Shown here: positions 59,837 to 64,000 of the stretch, one piece after another | Layout of the letters: each line of letters opens with the position of its first letter | Numbering within the stretch: position 1 is the first letter of the stretch | Source: Aerobium aerolatum | GTDB lineage: Bacteria; Pseudomonadota; Alphaproteobacteria; Rhizobiales; Rhizobiaceae | Reading direction: 5' to 3' | Length of the DNA: 64,000 bases | NCBI GenBank assembly: GCA_040391705.1 | Contig: JBEBXE010000001.1 | Coordinates: 239 to 64,238 of the forward strand | Notes under the pieces: model-generated | The model's database searches: none | What the model was told of the DNA's origin: nothing | Seen by the model: the letters and a program-made list of their open reading frames with translations, nothing else | Made by a program: the position numbers and the translations under genes

Positions 59837-61567
59837 ATGACGAAGCAGGATACCGGCGCTGCCGGCGAACGGACACGCGAGGGGCAGACCGGGGCCGAGA
59901 CATTGCTCCTGGGCCTCAAACGCGCCGGCATCGACTACATCTTCGCCAATGCCGGCACCGACTTCCCGCCGATCATCGAGGCGTTCGTCGCGCTCGATGC
60001 CGACAGCGTCCCGCAGCCGGTGACCGTCCCGCACGAAACCGCCGGCGTCGCCATGGCGCATGGCTACTACCTCGTGACCGGCAGCCTCCAGGCGGTGATG
60101 GTCCACGTCAATGTCGGCCTTGCCAATTCGGCGATGGGGGTCATCAACGCGGCGAGCGACAACATTCCCCTGCTGATGATGTCGGGGCGCACACCGATCA
60201 CCGAAAGCGGCCGGCTCGGTTCGCGGATGACCCCGATCCAGTACGGGCAGGAAATGTACGACCAGAGTTCGCTGGTCAGCAACGTCGCCAAGTTCAGCTA
60301 TGAGATGCGCTATCCCGAGCAGGGCGACATGCTGGCGATCAGGGCGACCAGCCTTGCGATGAGCGAGCCGCGCGGGCCGGTCTATGTCAGCCTGCCGCGC
60401 GAGCCGCTGATGGAACAGGTGGCGGCGAAAGCCGCGCGGCCCGCAGCGAACCAGCTCCCCGCCTCCGCGCCCTACCCCGATCCCGAGGCGATAACGCAGG
60501 CTGCGGCCTGGCTCGCAGCGGCGAAGCGGCCGTTGATCCTCTGCCAGCGCGGCGACACCGAAGGCCGGCTGGCCGCAGCATTGTCGGCGCTGGCAAATAC
60601 CCACGCCATTCCGGTCGCCGAGCCCTTCCCGATCCGCAACCTGATGGCGTCCGACGATCCGATGTTCCTCGGCTACGACGCGGCAGCCGCCCTGACGGAG
60701 GCGGATGTCGTCCTCGTCGTCGACAGCGGCGTGCCGTGGATGGAGGCGCTTCATCGCCCCGCCGACACAACCAGGGTGATCCATCTCGGCACCGACCCGA
60801 ACTTCCAGCGCATGCCCGTGCGCGGCTATCAGGCCGACCTTGCGATCACCAGCGACCCGGCCGCAGGCATAGCCGCAATCGCGCGCGCCATGGGAGAACC
60901 CGGTCCGGACGTCGCCGCGCGGCGCGCCAGGGCCGTACAGCTTTGCACGGCAAGGCTCGCCGCAGCCGAGGCGCTCGCCCTTCAGGGACGCGCCAGCCCG
61001 ATGAGCGCGGAATGGCTCAGCCGCTGCATCTCCGACATCATGGACGACGACGCCGTGGTCTTCGGCGAGCTCGGCGTCGTGCCCAGCGCGATGCGCGTCC
61101 GCGGCCCCAACCGCGTCTTCATCAATCCCCATTCCGGCGGGCTGGGCTGGGCCATGCCGGCCGCACTCGGCGCGCAGCTCGCCGACCGCGAACGGCTCGT
61201 CATCGCCTGCGTCGGCGACGGGTCCTACATGTTCGCCAACCCCACCGCCTGCCACCAGATCGCCGAAGCGCTGGAGCTGCCGATCCTCACCATCGTCAAG
61301 AACAACGGCATGTGGAACGCGGTTCGGCGCTCGGTGATCAACAGCTATCCGGACGGCGCTGCGGCCAAGGCCAATGCGATGCCGCTGGTCTCGCTCGATC
61401 CCGCGCCCGACTATTGCATGATCGCGGCCGCGAGCCGCGCCCATGTCGAACGGGTCGAGCATGGCGACGATCTGCCCGCAGCACTCGCGCGCGCATTATC
61501 TGTTATACGCAACGAGCGCAGACAAGCTTTCCTCGAAGTACGTGTGGCGCTCTCCGACCGCCACTGA
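59837..61567 (+). CDS. Thiamine-diphosphate-dependent enzyme (acetolactate-synthase-like fold, unknown reaction)
   Basis: ANAGTDF, PHE (catalytic Glu), GGLGWAM, GDGSY...NN ThDP motif. GGAGG before ATG 59837. Confidence 0.92.
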   Translation: MTKQDTGAAGERTREGQTGAETLLLGLKRAGIDYIFANAGTDFPPIIEAFVALDADSVPQPVTVPHETAGVAMAHGYYLVTGSLQAVMVHVNVGLANSAMGVINAASDNIPLLMMSGRTPITESGRLGSRMTPIQYGQEMYDQSSLVSNVAKFSYEMRYPEQGDMLAIRATSLAMSEPRGPVYVSLPREPLMEQVAAKAARPAANQLPASAPYPDPEAITQAAAWLAAAKRPLILCQRGDTEGRLAAALSALANTHAIPVAEPFPIRNLMASDDPMFLGYDAAAALTEADVVLVVDSGVPWMEALHRPADTTRVIHLGTDPNFQRMPVRGYQADLAITSDPAAGIAAIARAMGEPGPDVAARRARAVQLCTARLAAAEALALQGRASPMSAEWLSRCISDIMDDDAVVFGELGVVPSAMRVRGPNRVFINPHSGGLGWAMPAALGAQLADRERLVIACVGDGSYMFANPTACHQIAEALELPILTIVKNNGMWNAVRRSVINSYPDGAAAKANAMPLVSLDPAPDYCMIAAASRAHVERVEHGDDLPAALARALSVIRNERRQAFLEVRVALSDRH

Positions 61568-61593
61568 CCCACCAGCCCCCTGATAAAGCATCC

Positions 61594-62352
61594 ATGACCA
61601 TTGACCTGACCCAGTTCGTCCTCGTTTTCATCTGCCTTGCGCTCGGCGGCGTCCTCAAGGGCGCAACCGGCGCCGGCGCGCCGATCCTGGCGGTTCCGGC
61701 GCTGGCCGCCATGTTCGACGTCAAGCTGGCGGTGGTCATCATGATGATGCCCAACCTGCTGACGAATCTGTGGCAGGGCTGGCAACATCGCAGGCACCGC
61801 CTCGCCGGGCATCTGGGCTGGATTTTTGCCGCAACGGGCGCAATCGGGGCCTTGGCGGGAACCATCATGCTCGCCTGGCTGCCGCACGAGGTTCTGGCGA
61901 TGATCGTCGCCGTCGCGGTTCTCTGCTACGTGGCGATCCGCCTGTGTCGGCCCGACTGGAGCCTGAGCCGCCGCGCCGGCGAAATTCTGGCTGTCCCGGC
62001 AGGCCTCGTCGCGGGCGTACTTCAGGGGGCGTCGGGCATCTCGGCACCCGTCTCGATCACCTTCCTCAGCGCCATGCGTCTCGAACGGCATACCTACATC
62101 TTCACCATCTCGGTTTTCTTCGTGGTGATGACGGCGGTCCAGATTCCCACACTCGGCATGGTCGGCATGCTGTCGGCGCCCCTGCTCGCGCTCAGCCTGG
62201 CCGCCGTGGTTCCCATCCTCCTCTTCATGCCTGTCGGCGCCGCGCTCGCCCGCCGGCTTTCGCCAGCCGCCTTCGACCGGGCGATCCTGCTGCTCCTCGT
62301 CGGACTGGCACTGAAGCTGGTCTTTGAGGCCGCCCCCTTTGCCTTCGGATGA
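61594..62352 (+). CDS. TauE/SafE-family membrane protein (sulfite exporter family)
   Basis: GGVLKGATGAG and AGVLQGASGISAP half-repeats, about 8 TM. Confidence 0.87.
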   Translation: MTIDLTQFVLVFICLALGGVLKGATGAGAPILAVPALAAMFDVKLAVVIMMMPNLLTNLWQGWQHRRHRLAGHLGWIFAATGAIGALAGTIMLAWLPHEVLAMIVAVAVLCYVAIRLCRPDWSLSRRAGEILAVPAGLVAGVLQGASGISAPVSITFLSAMRLERHTYIFTISVFFVVMTAVQIPTLGMVGMLSAPLLALSLAAVVPILLFMPVGAALARRLSPAAFDRAILLLLVGLALKLVFEAAPFAFG

Positions 62353-62525
62353 TGGCCTGTGACCGCCGATACGCAGGTCACAGTTTCTGAGGCGACGCGC
62401 GATTTCTTGCGAACGAAAGCGACTGAACTTCGTTGCAGGGGTGCAATCTGATCGACCGCCGGGGTATCAATCGAACACCGATGCGGTCGCCAGCCGTCAG
62501 GAAACGAGAAATCCGGGAGCACTCC

Positions 62526-64000
62526 ATGATGACGAAACCCCTACATTTGCTCGCTGCGGCGAGTTCCCTCGTCTTCTCAAGCGCAGCTGTCTTCGCAGGC
62601 GCGGTCCACGCGGCAGACGCCTTCGCCCCGCCAACGGTGGAAGGTCCGCTCGCGGTGACGCAGACCTCGCATCCGTTCAACGGCGCAGCGTGGCAGGTCG
62701 AACCGATAGACTTGTCGGCCTATGGCTATGAGGAGCAGGAGTACCGCATCAGCGGCAAGGCCAATGTCTATGACTGGAAGCCGAACGGCAATTACGAGGC
62801 GACGGTCACCGGCGAAGGCGACTACATCACCCGTGTCATGGTCCGCAAACCCGCCGATATGAGCAATTTCAGCGGCCGCGTCGTGGTTGAGCTCATCAAT
62901 CCGACAGCGCTTTATGACTGGACTGCGATGTGGGCCGCCCTTTGGGAGCGGGTCGTGGCAAATGGCGACGTCTATGTCGGCATCACCGCAAAGCCCGCCG
63001 TGTTTCCGGGCATGATCAAGTTCGACGCTGCGCGCTATGGCACGCTGAAGTTCGAGAACCCGGTTGCCGCCGACCAGCAGACCTGCGGTCACCTGCCCGG
63101 CGAAACCGATTACTCGCCAAATCTCTCCAAGCTCGAGGAAAATGGTCTCGCCTGGGATATGTTCACCCAGGTCGGAACGATGCTGCGCGCAACCGACAAC
63201 CCCTTCGGCGTCACCGCGGACAGCGTCTACATGACCGGGGAGTCCCAGACCGGCAATTACGTCATCACCTATTACAAATATTTCCATCCGAAGGCCGAAC
63301 TCGAGGTGAACGGCACGCCACGTCCGGTCTTCGACGGCTATCTCGCTGAGGCCGCCACCACACCGGAAGGCGCCCCCATCAATCAATGCGCAACGCTGCC
63401 GGAGGGCGACCCGCAGCACGAAATTCCCGGCCGCGCCGCGCCGCTGATGATGATCAATTCCCAGTGGGATTTCTTCCCCTATCGCAAGCATCACCCGAAG
63501 CCGGACGGGGATTCCGCAACCGACCGGTCGCGGACGTGGGAGCTTGCCGGATCCAACCACGGATGGCGTTGGCAGTATCTCTACGGCGATGCGGATCACG
63601 GTGATCTCGGCAAGGCCGGCCTGCTCGACGGCGGCGAATGGAATGCCTGGGCATGCCCGGCAAACCTGCCCGAAGTTCCCCTCTACATGGCGGAAAAGGC
63701 GATGTACGAGCACATGATCCGCTGGGCCGAAGACGGCGTTGCACCCCCCAAGGCCGAGTCAATCGTGTTGAAGCCCGGCACGTTCGACATCGATTATGAT
63801 GAGAATGGCACGGCCAAAGGCGGCCTGCGCCTGCCGATGGTCGCCGTTCCGATCAACGGGTATGGCGAGGGCCGCGCAACGCTGTCAGACGACTGCAGCG
63901 AGCTCACGCCCTTTGATGCGGCAAAGCTCAAAGCGCTTTATCCGACGCCGGAAGCGTACGTGACACAGTTCTCGGCCGCCACCTGGAGCCTGGTGCAGAA
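62526..64000 (+). CDS. Secreted alpha/beta-hydrolase-domain protein (partial, runs off right edge)
   Basis: Not in ORF track (no stop in window). GGGAG RBS, signal peptide MMTKPLHLLAAASSLVFSSAAVFAGAVHA, GYEEQEY, FSGRVVVELIN, nucleophile-elbow-like MTGESQTG at 63231-63254. Confidence 0.8.
   Translation, partial: MMTKPLHLLAAASSLVFSSAAVFAGAVHAADAFAPPTVEGPLAVTQTSHPFNGAAWQVEPIDLSAYGYEEQEYRISGKANVYDWKPNGNYEATVTGEGDYITRVMVRKPADMSNFSGRVVVELINPTALYDWTAMWAALWERVVANGDVYVGITAKPAVFPGMIKFDAARYGTLKFENPVAADQQTCGHLPGETDYSPNLSKLEENGLAWDMFTQVGTMLRATDNPFGVTADSVYMTGESQTGNYVITYYKYFHPKAELEVNGTPRPVFDGYLAEAATTPEGAPINQCATLPEGDPQHEIPGRAAPLMMINSQWDFFPYRKHHPKPDGDSATDRSRTWELAGSNHGWRWQYLYGDADHGDLGKAGLLDGGEWNAWACPANLPEVPLYMAEKAMYEHMIRWAEDGVAPPKAESIVLKPGTFDIDYDENGTAKGGLRLPMVAVPINGYGEGRATLSDDCSELTPFDAAKLKALYPTPEAYVTQFSAATWSLVQ

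Noticed and set aside
59837-62352. Sulfoacetaldehyde acetyltransferase (Xsc) taurine module suggested by ThDP enzyme + TauE
   Set aside because: N-terminal motif is ANAGTDF rather than the Xsc-type GIIGSA, and no phosphate acetyltransferase is adjacent.
1-64000. CRISPR arrays, tRNA/rRNA, transposases, prophage, known defence systems
   Set aside because: No repeat-spacer periodicity, structural RNA signature or matching proteins noticed in a manual read.

Overview
High-GC (about 65%) alphaproteobacterial DNA, most likely Hyphomicrobiales, packed with transport and catabolic modules. I saw no rRNA, tRNA, CRISPR array or IS element. Left to right: (1) partial Rrf2 regulator divergent from a SulP transporter with a sul1-like structured leader; (2) GH144-like glucanase, rsgA and cysPTWA; (3) a 28-bp XerC/XerD dif-like site at 8444-8471 with KOPS octamers pointing towards it, so this is probably a replicon terminus; (4) peptide-type ABC transporter, HyuA-like ATPase and two tandem DUF917 proteins next to an atypical large LuxR regulator; (5) a probable organosulfur catabolic operon (class-III aminotransferase, CaiB CoA-transferase, Gln-type thiol dioxygenase, two non-canonical crotonases, ADP-forming acyl-CoA synthetase, BisC-like Mo enzyme), tied by a shared palindrome to an IclR gene and a Dpp-type ABC importer, followed by a YeiH/LysR pair; (6) two convergent operons (M81 peptidase, ABC, DadA-like; D-aminoacylase-like, CobW, IclR) sharing a second palindrome; (7) orphan petA, an AT-rich membrane-protein gene and a stand-alone WGR gene; (8) a TAXI-TRAP/IclR/amidohydrolase-2/ALDH/FAD-monooxygenase module divergent from ThDP enzyme + TauE, sharing a third palindrome; (9) a secreted alpha/beta-hydrolase-like gene cut by the right edge. 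Family calls come from motifs read by eye, not database searches. Substrates are hypotheses. Many start codons were moved from the ORF track using RBS or gene-overlap evidence.
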